From: an uncultured Candidatus Rokubacteria bacterium
GTDB taxonomy: Bacteria; Methylomirabilota; Methylomirabilia; Rokubacteriales; CSP1-6
Assembly (NCBI GenBank): GCA_963758635.1
Contig: CAVWWD010000004.1
Span: 128,001 to 192,000 of the forward strand
Reading direction: 5' to 3'
DNA length: 64,000 nt
Below the pieces are notes generated by a model that saw only the letters and a list, made by a program, of their open reading frames with translations, did not search any database and was not told the DNA's origin. Below, one piece after another: positions 20,234-32,464 of this stretch (position 1 is the first letter of the stretch; every line of letters starts with the position of its first letter). The translations under genes were made by a program, and so were the position numbers.

Positions 20234-20887
20234 TCACGGGAACGTGGTGCTCATCCACTGGTTGTAGCTCCGGAGCACCGTAGCGTCCGTGATGTCCAGA
20301 ATGATCTTCGGGAGGAGGAACTGCGCGAGAGGACCCTCCTGGTCGGTCGAAGGGATCCCGCCCATCCGTTCGGAGCGGCGGACCCGTGTCTGGAACTCCT
20401 CCGGCGACGACTCGATGCAGGCCAGCCCGGTGTCCCGATTGAACCGTCGCAGCAGCTCACGCGCGCGCTCCAGGAGCATCTGGTATTGCTGGCCGAACGC
20501 GGCGTTGATCGCCGTGTCGAGGTCGGACAGGAATTCCTTGTCGCGCGCGAGGTCGTACTGGATGGAGTCGAACGGCCGCAGGTCGACGGGAACGTCCTTC
20601 GGCTCATCCTGGGTCAGGAAGAGAACCGGTTTTCCGGCCGCGTGGGCGAGGCCGATCTCGTAGAAGACGTTCGGGTTGCCCCCGGTGATGTCGCCGATGA
20701 TGAGGTCGGCACGGAGGATCTGGTCCCGGATCTTGTCCATCAGGGGCTTCGTCAGGACGGCGGCATCGCCGCGCGCGACTCGGAGGCCGTGGTTCTCCTC
20801 GAGGTGCCGCTGGATGTACAGGTAGAAGAAATTCAGCTCGGGACGGAAGGGCATTGCGACGAAGCAGTACTTGGGCTGCTTCGCCAC
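20234..20887 (-). CDS. Nucleoside 2-deoxyribosyltransferase/TIR-like domain protein
   Basis: CFVAMPF...ADLIIGDITGGNPNVFYEIGLAHAAGKP...VPVDL. Confidence 0.8.
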   Translation of the reverse strand: MAKQPKYCFVAMPFRPELNFFYLYIQRHLEENHGLRVARGDAAVLTKPLMDKIRDQILRADLIIGDITGGNPNVFYEIGLAHAAGKPVLFLTQDEPKDVPVDLRPFDSIQYDLARDKEFLSDLDTAINAAFGQQYQMLLERARELLRRFNRDTGLACIESSPEEFQTRVRRSERMGGIPSTDQEGPLAQFLLPKIILDITDATVLRSYNQWMSTTFP

Positions 20888-20891
20888 GAGG

Positions 20892-21303
20892 CTACTCGGT
20901 GAGCTTCGACGCCTGGTAGCTGAGGAATCGCGACATCTGCCGCTTCAGCGTGCTCGGATTCGTCGGGTCGTAGGTGACGATGTTGTAGCTCGCGATGTCG
21001 AAGGGCAGGTCGCCCTTGGCGTGCGTGCTGAGCAGGATCACCGTCGGCTTGCCTAGCGAGGTCGCGATCCCCAGCTCATAGAAGACGGCCGGGCTCGGCG
21101 AGGACACGTCGGCGACGATCACGTCGGCCTGGCGCATCGCTTCCGAGAGGTCGCTCGCCGCCTGCGCTCCACGAGTGCGGGGCTCTGCAACAGAGACGGT
21201 GTCGACCGATGCCTCGCGGAAGGCTTCTTCGAGCGGACCGCGACTCGGCCCGTCGGGCGAGTTCTGTGGAGCCGAGCACCAAGGCTCTCATCTTCCGCGC
21301 CAT
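20892..21303 (-). CDS. Second NDT/TIR-like protein (N-terminal part frameshifted)
   Basis: ADVIVADVSSPSPAVFYELGIATSLGKP...LPFDI; ATG 21303 with AAAGGGA RBS is out of frame with this part. Confidence 0.65.
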
Positions 21304-21523
21304 ATCGTGTCCCTTTCGTCTACTCGGCGGCCGCTTGCAGCGTAGCACGGACCATGAGCGCTGTCCGGCCCCTCTCCGGACGGCACAGCAGTCGGGTGGC
21401 GCCGATTGACCGCCGTGGGGCGACCGCCTACTCTGTCGGGTCAAGCGCTCCGAGAGGCGTCGGACGCCGCGGGTCGCTCCGGAGAGCTCCGGTGGCCCGG
21501 CAAGTCGAGGAAGGAGAGACCCG

Positions 21524-22591
21524 ATGAGTCTACCCACGACGATGCAGGCGACCGTGCTCATGGCCCCGGACCGGTTCGAGCTGCTCGAGCGGCCGGTGCC
21601 GCGGGTCGGGCCAGAGGACTGCCTGGTCCGCGTGCGCGCCTGTGGCATCTGCGGCACCGACCTGAAGATCATCCACGGCGGCCTCCCGCACATGCCGCCC
21701 TACGGTGAGTTCATCTTCGGCCACGAGTACGCCGGCGACATCGTCGCGGTGGGCGAGACGGTGGACGAGTTCCGCGTGGGGGACCGCGTGGTCGTCGAGG
21801 CGCACATGGGCTGCCGGCGGTGCGAGAACTGCATCCGCGGGCTCTACACCGCGTGCCTGAACTTCGGCAACGCGCGGCGCGGCCACCGGGCCAACGGCTT
21901 CACCACCAACGGCGGGCTCGCCGAGTACGCGCTGAACCACGTCAACACGCTCTACCGCATCCCCGACGAGGTGTCGTACGAGGAGGCGGTGGTGGTGATG
22001 ACGGCGGGCAGCCCGCTCTACGGCCTCGAGCGGGCCGGCGGCTACTTCGCGGGGGAGACCGTCGCGGTGCTCGGCCCCGGGCCCATCGGGCTCATGGCCG
22101 TGCAGCTCGTCAAGGCGCTCGGAGCGGTCCGCGTGATCCTCACCGGCACGCGGCCAGGGCGGCTGGCGCTCGGCAAGGAGCTGGGCGCCGACGTGATCGT
22201 GAACGCGCGCGAGCAGGACCCGGTGACGGTGGCCCGCGAGGCCACGGGCGGCCGCGGCGTGGACGTGACGATCGAGTGCGCGGGCGGGGACGACACCTTC
22301 GACCAGGCGATCAAGATGACCAAGCCGGGCGGCCGCGTCATCCTGGTGGCCTTCTACCACGGGCCCATCACCGCGGACGTGGGCGACGCCGTGCGCCGCA
22401 ACCTGACGATCTACACCGAGCGTGGGGAGGGCGGCACCAGCGTCGGCCGCGCGCTGGCCATGCTCGCCGCGGGCCGCATCCAGGCCCAGCCCCTCGTGAG
22501 CCAGACGTTCCCCCTCGCCGAGGTGCACCGCGGCTTCGAGGTGGCGGAGAAGCGCATCGGCGACCCGATCAAGGTGGTGTTCCACCCGTGA
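21524..22591 (+). CDS. Zinc-dependent alcohol dehydrogenase family
   Basis: CGICGTD, GHEYAG, CxxCxxC, GPGPIG. Confidence 0.92.
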   Translation: MSLPTTMQATVLMAPDRFELLERPVPRVGPEDCLVRVRACGICGTDLKIIHGGLPHMPPYGEFIFGHEYAGDIVAVGETVDEFRVGDRVVVEAHMGCRRCENCIRGLYTACLNFGNARRGHRANGFTTNGGLAEYALNHVNTLYRIPDEVSYEEAVVVMTAGSPLYGLERAGGYFAGETVAVLGPGPIGLMAVQLVKALGAVRVILTGTRPGRLALGKELGADVIVNAREQDPVTVAREATGGRGVDVTIECAGGDDTFDQAIKMTKPGGRVILVAFYHGPITADVGDAVRRNLTIYTERGEGGTSVGRALAMLAAGRIQAQPLVSQTFPLAEVHRGFEVAEKRIGDPIKVVFHP

Positions 22592-22629
22592 GCCGGCGGG
22601 CTGACGGGCAGGCGCGTGGCGTGCGGCTG

Positions 22630-23469
22630 ATGGATCGGCCGTTCCGCTCGACGAAGTGCTCCGTGGGCCGACGGATCCCATGGCCCTCGCGCGGCTCCTC
22701 GTGGGCCGCACGAACCAGGAGCGCGAGGCGGCGGTCGCGGCCTACCTGACCCACCGCGGCTGGGTCTTCTCGCGGCATGCGTTCGCCTCGGTCGAGGGGC
22801 GCGGCGAGAACTACGAGGTCGACGTGGGCGAGGGCGACCGCATCCTCGTCCTCGCTGCCCACCACGACGCCGTGCCCGACAGCCCGGGGGCGAACGACAA
22901 TGCCGTCGCCGTCGGCATCCTGCTCCACCTGGCCGAGCGGCTCGCGCGCCGCCGGCCCGCCGGGCTCCGCGTGCGCTTGCTCTTTCCGGCGGCGGAGGAG
23001 GGCGGCTACCTCGGCGCGCGCGCCTACGTGCAGGACCGTCCACTCGACGGCATCGTCGGCGTGCTCAGCCTCGAGCTCTGCGGGATCGGCGATTCACTGG
23101 TCGTCTGGGACGCGGACGTCCCCACGCCGTTCCTCCGGTCCGTGAGCGCCGCGATGGAGAAGCTCGGTCGTCGGCCCGACGAGAGCTACCACGTGGTCGG
23201 CCGCATCCCGGTGTTCGGGAGCGACCACCGGGCCTTCGCCGCCGCCGGCATTCCGGCCTACGGCCTGAGCATCGTGCCGGCCCGCGAGGCCGACGCCCTG
23301 CGCCGGTTCGTGCTGAATCCCACGGAGAGCCCGTTGGGCGCGGACGGCCGCATCCCACCGCCCTTCGATACCTACCACACGCCCGGCGACTCGCTGGCCA
23401 CCCTCGATCCTGCCGCGTGCGCCGCCGTTGCTCGCGGCGCTGGAGGCCGTCATCGCCGAGCTGGGCTGA
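22630..23469 (+). CDS. M28 family peptidase (likely frameshifts near both ends)
   Basis: AAHHDAV, PGANDNA, AAEEGG, SDHRAF, YHTPGD. Confidence 0.75.
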
Positions 23470-23476
23470 GGCGCGG

Positions 23477-24463
23477 TCAGTCTCGTCTCGAATACCAGTC
23501 CAGCACTCGCAAGGCGCGGAGGGTGTTCCACCGGCTCGGCCGGCCCTCGCGTTCGTCCGTCTCGATCGGCATCTTGCCGGGGTGCTGCGTCTCGAGCGGC
23601 CACCTGCCGTCGTGGTCGCGCTTCGACGTGACCAGGTCGATCGCGTCGGCCACGCGCTCGTCAGGCACGACGCCGGCGCGGCGCAGGTGCTCGAGTCCCC
23701 GCAACACGTCGTAGTGCCACCACGTCGGGAAGGCGAAGCGCGTCCACGCGGAGCCGCCCTTGCGATCTCGCTCGATCACCTCGCCGGTCGACCTCCGGCG
23801 GAAGAGGCGGCGCTCGAGCAAGTACTGCTGCCCGCGGAGACGGGCGCCCGTCACCTCTGGGCTGTTCCCGATGGACCGTTCGTATTCGAGCAGGGCTTCG
23901 AGCACGCAGATGGTGGTGTTGAACGATGACCGCGTCGAGCCGTTGGGCGCCTCGCAGTTCCAGCCACCGTCGGCCAGCTGCTCGCCGAGCAGCCGGTGGA
24001 CGATGCCCCGGACGTCCTGGCCGAAGTAGGCGCCGACCGCCGCCACCTGCCCGTTGATACAGGGCTCGACCTCGCCTTGGAAGAAGGCATGGCCATCACA
24101 TTCCGGCGGGCCGCATCCCTGCCACGTCACCCGGTCGCGGACGAGGCCCACGGCGCAGCGTGCCTGGTCGCTCGCGGGATCGAGACCCATGTCCCGCAGC
24201 AGCATCAGGACGTGCATGGTGGAGTTCCACCCGCGGTTCCACGCCGCGGCGCCCCATCGCGCGTCGGCCGCCTGGCGGGCGAGCAGCCGCGCGCCCGCGC
24301 CCTCGCTGGCGACTCGCGCGCGCTCGGCCGCGACCTCGTCCGCCGGCGCATCGGTCAGGTCGCGCATCACCTGCCAGCGGATCGAAGGATCGGAAGCGAG
24401 CAGCCAGCGTATGACCGAGGGCTGCGGCCTTGTGGCGTGCCGTCTGGGTAGATTGGTCGCCAT
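23477..24463 (-). CDS. Prenyltransferase/squalene-cyclase-repeat-like conserved protein
   Basis: WLLASDPSIRWQVMRDL, EVEPCING, QLADGGWNC, SRWNTLRALRVL. Confidence 0.75.
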   Translation of the reverse strand: MATNLPRRHATRPQPSVIRWLLASDPSIRWQVMRDLTDAPADEVAAERARVASEGAGARLLARQAADARWGAAAWNRGWNSTMHVLMLLRDMGLDPASDQARCAVGLVRDRVTWQGCGPPECDGHAFFQGEVEPCINGQVAAVGAYFGQDVRGIVHRLLGEQLADGGWNCEAPNGSTRSSFNTTICVLEALLEYERSIGNSPEVTGARLRGQQYLLERRLFRRRSTGEVIERDRKGGSAWTRFAFPTWWHYDVLRGLEHLRRAGVVPDERVADAIDLVTSKRDHDGRWPLETQHPGKMPIETDEREGRPSRWNTLRALRVLDWYSRRD

Positions 24464-24535
24464 CGACTACTTCCAGCATGCCCTGGTCATCCGGTGGTGT
24501 CCCGATTGCGGTGGAAATAGCGGCGCGGCTTCCGG

Positions 24536-25520
24536 TCATTCAATGATCTGACCCGCCTGCAGTCGTAGCGATTGCGGGATCGTGAGACCGATCTCCCGCG
24601 CGATGCGGAGATTGAGGGCGAGTCCGACCTCGTCGTAGTTTTCAACCGGTAGGTCCTTCGGGTGCCGCCCCGACAGGATCCGCTGGACATGCTTCGCCGA
24701 CAGACGGCCGATCTGTTGGTAGTTGGTACCGTAGCTCGCAAGGGCGCCTTTGGCGACCAAGCTTTGCTCATGGAACATCGTCGGTAACTTCTTGCCCCTT
24801 GTGGCCTCGATGATCAGCAGCGCCTGGCTTGTTTCCAGCAAGCCCGGCGTGTGGAAGTAGGCGTCCGCTTCTCGCGACTTGAGCCCCTGCAGGTTCAGGC
24901 GGAGTTCCTCGATCGAGGCCACGTGCCGCTCGACAACCTGCACGCCTAACTGCCGCGCGGCGTCCCGGCCGAGCCGGGCGTTCTCTCTCGAGAGCGGCTC
25001 ACCGGGGTTGTAGAACGTTACCACCCGACGGAGCCTCGGGATCATCTCCTTCAGGACTGCTAGGCGCTTTGCGGTGATGTCGCGCGTGACGCCGTGGACG
25101 CCGGTCAACCGCCCGCCCGGTTTCCCCGGGCTCTCCACCAGCCCCAACGCGACCGGATCGGCCCCAACGTAGAACACGATAGGGGTCCGTGCCGTCGCCC
25201 GTCTTGCCGAGATCGTGACTTGCGAGGTGACCGTGTAGATGAGGTCGACTTTCCCTCGTTCGAGATCCCTCGCCGCCTGCTCGGCCGCATTCGGATCGGC
25301 CTCGATCTCCCGGATGTCCAGGACGAGCTGTTTACCCTCTTCGAGCCCGAGTTCCCGGAGCCCTTGCCGCAGTCCGTCCACCACCACGTGGTGATGGCCG
25401 CTGACGTGGATGATCCCCACGCGATGCACGTGTCCCGGGCGGTTGCCCCCGGACGGCGTACGGCGCGGCGAGCAAACCGAGGGCGAGGGCGACTGCGAGC
25501 GGAGCGCGTTTGATCATCAA
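24536..25520 (-). CDS. ABC transporter substrate-binding protein (ABC_sub_bind type), frameshift after the signal peptide
   Basis: GLRQGLRELG, DPVALGLVES, LNLRIAREIGLTIP; signal peptide ORF 25332-25520 is out of frame. Confidence 0.8.
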
Positions 25521-25850
25521 GCCGCCACTGCGGTGTGCTGGCTGAGCACCGGGACGATCTTCCGCCAGCCGTCGATTCGGCGCAACGTGATCTGCCCGCT
25601 CGCCGCGAGGCTAGAGAGCAAGACCAGCGCCGCGTCTTCGCTTGGCGGCGAGCCCTGCGTGTTCACGCGGCGGCGAAACTCCTCATGGCGCCGCTCGATC
25701 ACGTTCGTGCTGCGCGGCGCTTTCCACTGCGTTGTCGGGAGGCGAAAGAACGTGAGGAGTTCGTCGCCACCTTCTCGAGGGCTCGTCACCACGCCCGAGC
25801 AGCGCTTGGCCCACGTGCGCTCGAAAGTCGCGTAGGCGGTGCGGTGTTGC
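25517..25850 (-). mobile_element. IS256-family transposase C-terminal remnant
   Basis: ELLTFFRLP..QWK..RSTNVIER.HEEFRRRV.TQGS.PSEDAAL; N-terminal region absent. Confidence 0.75.
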
Positions 25851-26021
25851 GCGGGAGGGTGGCCAGGGTGTTGCCGCGCCTCGGTGACCCGAGGGCGCGA
25901 CCGGGTCCGGATGCGGCGAAGGCCGCGATGCGCGTCGTCGATTCGTGAGGCGGCGAGGCTCCTCGGTGCCTGGGCGGCCCACACGGGCGGCAGCAGCCGG
26001 ATCCTTCCGGCCGCAGCCTGG

Positions 26022-27637
26022 CTACTCCGGCGCCAGCCAGATGGTGTCGAGCTGGCTGTTCAGGTAGTGGCTGGGCGTGATCGTCCACCCGCGCACGCGC
26101 GAGTTGTGCGGGATGATCCGGTGCCACCAGAGGAGCGGCACCACGTGGGCCTGGTCGTCGAGGACGCGCTTCTCGAACTCGCGCACCAGCTTCTTGCGCT
26201 CCTCGGGGTCGCGGGCGCGGGCCTGGCGGTCGTAGAGGCCGTCGAGGACGCGATCGGTGTAGCGGCCGTAGTTGCCGTCGGCGCGATCGGTGGACTGGAA
26301 CACCGCCAGGTCGAGGTCCGGCTCCACGATGTAGCCGCACCACGCGGCGATGCTCATCTCGAAGTCGCCGGAGCGCAGCGCGCTGAACCACGCCGCGCTC
26401 TCCATCACCTTCTGGGTCACGTTGAGGCCGATCTTCCGCCACTGGTCGATGAGCCAGATGGTGGCGGGCTCGTAGGGCTCGGGCAGGTTGCGGTTGGTGA
26501 AGACGAACGAGAACCCGTCGGGGACGCCGGCCTCGCGGAGGAGCCGCCGGGCCTCGCGCCGGTTGGCTTCGATGTCGCGGCCGAAGCCGGCCAGCCGCGT
26601 CAGCTCCGCCTCGGACGCCGCGTAGGGCGTGCCGGGCACCTGGAGGCCGCCCACCTCCTTCATGATCGTGATCTTCGACAGGTTCTTCGACCCGTCCCAG
26701 CGGTCCAGGGCCAGGCTGAGCGCGCGCCGCACCCGCGGGTCGTCGAACGGCTTCTTCTCGTGGTTGGCCCACGCGAACATCAGGCAGTCCCACGGGCTCT
26801 CCTTGACGGTGATCTTCGCGCCCATGGCCTTCACCAGCTCGTCCCGGCGCGCCGGGTTGAACGAGCGGAACTCGATCATCGCCCGCTCCCCGCGCACGGC
26901 CGCGATGCGCGCGCTGGTGTTGGGCACGAAGAAGGCGCGATAGCCGTCGAGGTAGGGCTTCCCCTTGTCCCAGTAGTCGGCGAACTTCTTGCCCACCCAG
27001 TGCGAGCCCTTCACGTGCTCGACGAACGTGAACGGCCCGGTGCCCATCACGTTGGACTCGTACCAGCGCGGATCCTTGGCGATGAGGTCGGCCTTGTAGA
27101 TGAAGTTCCAGGGCGAGGCGAGGCTCGCGAGGAAGCCGGCCGACGGGTGCTTGAGCCGGAAGATCACGGTCTGGGCGTCGGCCGCCTCGATCGCCTCGAT
27201 GACGGTGTACTGCCCCTTGCGCGGGCTGGTGACGCCGGGCGGCGGATTGGCGATCTTGTCGTAGCTCGCCTTCACGTCGCGGGCGGTGAGGGTGGAGCCG
27301 TCGTGGAACTTCACGCCGCGGCGGACCTTGAACGTGTAGGTGAGGCCGTCGCCGGAGATCGTCCAGCTCTCGGCGAGGTCGCCGACCACCTTCGTGCCCG
27401 TGGGGTCGGTGGGCTCCGTGCGCAGGAGCGTGCTGTAGTGCGGGGCGATGGGATGGATGAGGCCGAACGTCTCCTCCCGGTGCCCGTCGTAGCTCGGCAT
27501 CTCGGAGCCGACGACGAACGTCAGCTCGCCGCCGTGGCGCGGGGCCTGGGCGTGAGCGGCCGGGCGCGCCGGCGGCGAGCGACGCGACGAGCGATCAGGA
27601 CGACGGCGACGAGAGCGGGGCGAAAGCCTCGATGCAT
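26022..27637 (-). CDS. Peptide/nickel ABC transporter SBP (family 5), frameshift in the signal region
   Basis: GDLAESW, GVKFHDG, GTGPF, PFDDPRVRRAL. Confidence 0.88.
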
Positions 27638-27786
27638 GGGCGCTCCTCTCGGAACGAGTTGGGGTCACGCGTGAGCCGGAGGGTCACGCGGGCGCGATCT
27701 TGGCACGCGCCGAACAAGGTGTCCACTCCGCTCGACGGGCCGGGTATGATAGCGCCCGATCCCATCCCCCCTCGCGAGGAGCCGTC

Positions 27787-29874
27787 ATGACAGCCATCAG
27801 CCAGTCCGTCAGCCTCGACCGCCGCGGTCGCGTCGCCGTCCTCACCGTGGACAACCCGCCCGTGAACGCGCTCAGCCAGCACGTGCGCCAGGGGCTCGAC
27901 GAGGGCATCCGTCAGGCCGTGGCCGACGCCGCCGTGGGCGCCGTGGTCATCACGTGCGCCGGCCGCACGTTCATCGCCGGCGCCGACATCACCGAGTTCG
28001 GCAAGCCGCCCCGCGAGCCCGGGCTGCACGGCGTGCTGGACCGGATCGAGGGCTGCTCGAAGCCGGTGATCGCCGCCATCCACGGGACCGCGCTGGGCGG
28101 CGGCCTCGAGGTGGCGCTGGCGTGCCACTACCGGGTGGGCGTCAAGAGCGCGCGGTTCGGGCTGCCCGAGGTGAAGCTGGGCCTGCTCCCCGGCGCGGGC
28201 GGCACCCAGCGGCTGCCGCGCGTGGCCGGCGTGGAGAAGGCGCTCTCGATGATCGTCAGCGGCGACCCGATCGGGGCCGACGAGGCGCTCCGGACCGGCC
28301 TCATCGACGAGATCGTGGACGGCGCCGACCTGACCGCGGCCGGTTGCGCCTTCGCGGAGAAGGTGCTCGCGGACAAGCGGCCCCTCAAGAAGATCCGCGA
28401 CCTCGACGACAAGGTGGCCGCGGTGCGCGGCAAGCCCGAGGTGTTCGCGAACTTCCGCAAGTCGGTCGCCCGCCAGACCCGCGGCTTCCGCGCGCCCGAG
28501 AACTGCATCAAGGCGGTGGAGGCGGCGGTGAGCCTGCCCTTCGACCAGGGCCTGGCGCGCGAGCGCGAGCTGTTCGCGGAGCTGATGGCCTCTGCGGAAT
28601 CCAAGGCCCAGCGCTACTTCTTCTTCGCGGAGCGCGAGGCGGCCAAGATCCCCGACGTGCCGGCCGACACCCCGCCGCGCGACGTGAAGAAGGCCGCGGT
28701 CATCGGGGCCGGCACGATGGGCGGCGGCATCGCCATGAACTTCGCCAACGCGGGCATCCCCGTGACGGTGGTGGAGGTGGCGCAGGAGGCGCTGGACCGC
28801 GGGATCGGCGTGGTGCGGAAGAACTACGAGGCCACCGCGGCGCGCGGCCGTCTCACGCCCCAGGACGTCGAGAAGCGGATGGGCCTCATCCGCGGCACCA
28901 CCGACTTCGGCGCCATCGCCGACGCCGACCTGGTCGTGGAGGCGGTCTTCGAGGAGATGCCGATCAAGAAGGAGGTCTTCGCGCGCCTCGACAAGATCGC
29001 CAAGCCCGACGCCGTGCTCGCCACCAACACGTCCACCCTGGACGTGAACGAGATCGCCTCCGCCACCGCGCGGCCGGAGAGCGTGATCGGCATGCACTTC
29101 TTCAGCCCGGCCAACGTGATGCGCCTGCTGGAGAACGTGCGCGGGGTCAAGAGCTCGCCAACCACGATCGCCACCGCGATGACGATCGGCCGGCGCATCG
29201 CCAAGGTGCCCGTGCTCGTCGGCGTGTGCTACGGCTTCGTCGGCAACCGCATGCTCCACCAGCGTGGGATCCAGGCCGATCGGCTCATCCTGGAGGGCGC
29301 GCTGCCGCACCAGGTCGACAAGGTCCTCTACGACTTCGGGTTCCCGATGGGCCCGTTCGCCATGAGCGACCTCGCCGGCCTCGACGTGGGCTGGCGGATC
29401 CGCAAGGGGCGCGGCGTCACCTCGCCGGTGGCCGACCGGATCTGCGAGCTCGGCCGCTTCGGGCAGAAGACGGGCGCCGGCTACTACACCTACGACGCGA
29501 ACCGCACGCCGAGCCCGGACACCGAGGTGGAGAAGATCATCGTGCAGGTGTCGGCGGAGCAGGGGATCACGCGGCGCCACGTCACGGACGAGGAGATCCT
29601 GCAGCGTCTCCTCTACCCGATGGTGAACGAGGGCGCCAAGATCCTCGAGGAGAAGATCGCCATCCGGCCGAGCGACATCGACGTGATCTGGGTGTACGGC
29701 TACGGCTGGCCGGTGTACCGCGGCGGCCCGATGTTCTGGGCGGACCAGATCGGGCTCAAGGCCGTCCGCGACCGGATGGCGCAGTTCCAGCGCGAGACCG
29801 GCGACGCGTTCTGGACGCCGGCCCCGCTGCTGTCGCGCCTCGCCGACCAGGGCAAGGGCTTCCTCGCGTCATAG
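27787..29874 (+). CDS. Bifunctional enoyl-CoA hydratase/3-hydroxyacyl-CoA dehydrogenase
   Basis: [40 protein letters not shown]. Confidence 0.93.
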   Translation: MTAISQSVSLDRRGRVAVLTVDNPPVNALSQHVRQGLDEGIRQAVADAAVGAVVITCAGRTFIAGADITEFGKPPREPGLHGVLDRIEGCSKPVIAAIHGTALGGGLEVALACHYRVGVKSARFGLPEVKLGLLPGAGGTQRLPRVAGVEKALSMIVSGDPIGADEALRTGLIDEIVDGADLTAAGCAFAEKVLADKRPLKKIRDLDDKVAAVRGKPEVFANFRKSVARQTRGFRAPENCIKAVEAAVSLPFDQGLARERELFAELMASAESKAQRYFFFAEREAAKIPDVPADTPPRDVKKAAVIGAGTMGGGIAMNFANAGIPVTVVEVAQEALDRGIGVVRKNYEATAARGRLTPQDVEKRMGLIRGTTDFGAIADADLVVEAVFEEMPIKKEVFARLDKIAKPDAVLATNTSTLDVNEIASATARPESVIGMHFFSPANVMRLLENVRGVKSSPTTIATAMTIGRRIAKVPVLVGVCYGFVGNRMLHQRGIQADRLILEGALPHQVDKVLYDFGFPMGPFAMSDLAGLDVGWRIRKGRGVTSPVADRICELGRFGQKTGAGYYTYDANRTPSPDTEVEKIIVQVSAEQGITRRHVTDEEILQRLLYPMVNEGAKILEEKIAIRPSDIDVIWVYGYGWPVYRGGPMFWADQIGLKAVRDRMAQFQRETGDAFWTPAPLLSRLADQGKGFLAS

Positions 29875-30063
29875 CCGAGACGGCGGAGCCTCGGGCTACC
29901 CTCGAAGTCGCGTGTCTGCCCGGGGGCATGGTGGCGGCAGGGGCGCGGCCACCTGTTCGCGACTGGGCCGTTGTTACTGTGTCGATAGTACGCATGGCGC
30001 GAAAGTACAGCCCCCGGGTGCCGCAACTACCTCTTGCGGAGGCCCTCGAAGCCTCCCTTCGGC

Positions 30064-30079
30064 TGGTACACCTCTTGCT
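30064..30079 (+). promoter_or_regulatory. Sigma54-type -24/-12 promoter
   Basis: TGGTACACCTCTTGCT upstream of the ORF at 30131. Confidence 0.55.
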
Positions 30080-30130
30080 CGCGTGCCGGACATGGACCCC
30101 AGTCTGTCCGCGGAGCGGAGGTAGAGAGAC

Positions 30131-30373
30131 ATGGTAAGGATCGCCGCACACACCCCACGGGGATCCGAGGACGTGATCGAGTCCGCGATCTCGTTCTTCG
30201 GCCCCGGCGGGCTTGGTCTGCAGATGAATCATCGGGCCGCCGACCACGTCAGCTTCGAGGGCGGCGGCGGCTTCGTCACGGTCGACTCGGTCCGCCTGGA
30301 GGGCCAGAACGAGGTGACCGTGATCGCCCAGGAGTGGGAGCTGCACGCCAGCCGCTTCATGCGCCAGTTCTGA
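30131..30373 (+). CDS. Small hypothetical protein
   Basis: 80-aa ORF with RBS; FFGPGGLGL...FEGGGGFV...EWE. Confidence 0.7.
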   Translation: MVRIAAHTPRGSEDVIESAISFFGPGGLGLQMNHRAADHVSFEGGGGFVTVDSVRLEGQNEVTVIAQEWELHASRFMRQF

Positions 30374-30421
30374 CCCTCCGGGCCGGGCCCCGTGCCCGGC
30401 CCACCGGCGCAGATCCCCGTC

Positions 30422-32174
30422 TCAGATCAGCTCGCGCACCCGGTCCGACAGCACGGTGAGAGCGATGGCTCCGCGGTTCGGCTCTCCGCGCACGAGCGCG
30501 GTGGCGAGCTTCGAGACCTGGCCGGCCGTGACCTTGGGCGGGTAGGGCGGCTCGAACGGGTCGACGCGCGCTTCCACGATCACGGGACCGGGCGTGGCCA
30601 GCGCCTCGTCGAGGACCGCGCCGCACTGCAACGGATCGTCCACCATGAAGCCCGTGCCGCCGCAGCAGCGCGCGAACATGGCGAAGTCGATCGGCTGGAG
30701 GTCGCAGCCGTACTCCGGGTTGCCCAGGAACACCATCTGTTCCCACTTGATCATGCCGAGCGTGTCGTTCTTCACCACCACCACCTTGATGGGCAGCCGG
30801 TACTTGACCGCGGTGGCGAACTCCGCCATGAGCATCGAGAACCCGCCGTCGCCCACGAACGCCACCACCTGCCGGTCCGGGTAGGCGACCTGCGCGGCGA
30901 TCGCGTACGGCAGGCCGTTGGCCATCGTGGCGAGGTTGCCGGACAGCGAATGCTGCTGGGTGCCCCGCGCGGGCACGTGCCGCGCCCACCAGGTCGCGAT
31001 GGTCCCGCTGTCGCACGCGACGATCGCGTCGTCGCGGAGCCGCTCGCCGAGCGCGCGCGCCACCACCTGCGGCTTCATGGGCCGGTCCTCGCGGCTCGCG
31101 CGCTCGCGCATGAGCGCGCGCCAGGCGTCCATCCCGCGCTGGGCGGTCTCGAGGAAAGATCGATCGGACTTCGGCACGATCCGCGGCAGGAGCGTCTCGA
31201 GGGTGCGCCGCGAGTCGCCGACGAGCCCGACCTCCACCGGATAGCGGAGACCGATGCGGGCGGGGTCAATGTCGATCTGGATCGCCCGCGCCTGGCCCGG
31301 CTTCGGGTAGTACTCGATGTACGGAAACGACGTCCCGACCATCAGCAGCGTGTCGCACGCCTCGAGCGCCTCCTGCGAGGGGCGCGTGCCCAGGAGACCC
31401 ACCGGCCCCGTGGTGAACGGGCTGTCGTCCGGCACCACCGCCTTGCCGAGGAGCGCCTTCACGATGGGCGCCCCCAGCAGGTCGGCGGCGCGCTCCACGA
31501 GGTCGCCGGCGCCGAGGGCGCCCCGGCCGGCGAGGATGGCGACGCGCTTGCCGTCGTTCAGCAGCTCGACGGCGCGATCGAGGTCCGCGTCGGCGGGCAG
31601 GCGGGCGCTCCGGGAGAACACGTCGGAGGTGTGGCCGGGCACGTTGCGCTTCGAGCGCGAGGCGCCGGCCTTCATCTCCTGGACGTCCACGGGCACGGTC
31701 ACGTGCGCGACGCCGTGGTAGGCCAGCGCGGTGCGGCACGCGAGATCGGTCACGTTCTCGACATGGGCGGGGCCCATCACGCGCACGCTGTACTTCGCCA
31801 CGTCGGTGAAGAGCCGGTCGAGCTCGAACGTCCTGCTGGGTATGGGTGGCGATGAGGTCGTGGTACGTCATGCCGGTGATGGCGAGCACGGGCTGGCCGT
31901 CGAGCTTGGCGTCGTACAGGCCGTTCAGGAGGTGGATGCCGCCGGGCCCCGAGGTCGCGACGCAGACCCCGAGCTTGCCCGTGAACTTCGCGTAGGCGCA
32001 GGCCATGAGCGCCGCCGACTCCTCGTGCCGGACCTGGACGAACCGGATGCGGTCCTGGCGGGTGCGGAGGGCCTCCATGATCCCGTTGATCCCGTCCCCG
32101 GGGAGGCCGAACACGACCTCGACCCCCCAGTCCTGGATCGTCTCCACGAGCACGTCTGCGACGGTCGGCGCCAT
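30422..32174 (-). CDS. Pyruvate oxidase/dehydrogenase-like TPP enzyme (PoxB family), frameshift near 31830
   Basis: FGLPGDGING, VRHEESAA, TSGPGGIHL, then GDGGFSM, NDTLGMIKWEQ. Confidence 0.88.
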
Positions 32175-32201
32175 GTCCGTTCCTCCTGGAACGTTCCTTG
32201 G

Positions 32202-32217
32202 GCAAGTTCCGTGCCCA
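32202..32217 (-). promoter_or_regulatory. Sigma54-type promoter
   Basis: Minus strand TGGGCACGGAACTTGC, 28 nt before the ATG at 32174. Confidence 0.45.
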
Positions 32218-32464
32218 GCCGATCCGCGCGCCCGGCCGCGCGGTACGCCACGCCTCGGTCAGGCCACCGGGCGATGTGTGTCAGCTTGACCGGGTCGGCC
32301 GTACCGCCGTCGCGCGGGGAGCGGTCGCCGCACGCGTCCCCCTGGCCTGCCGGCATCGATCGCGCTACCCTCGGGCGTACCCGCGGGCGGCCGCAATGGT
32401 CCGGGCGCCAGGGCAAGAGCGGGGATCACGCACGAGAGTCCGGAGCACGACAAGGAGGCTCGCG

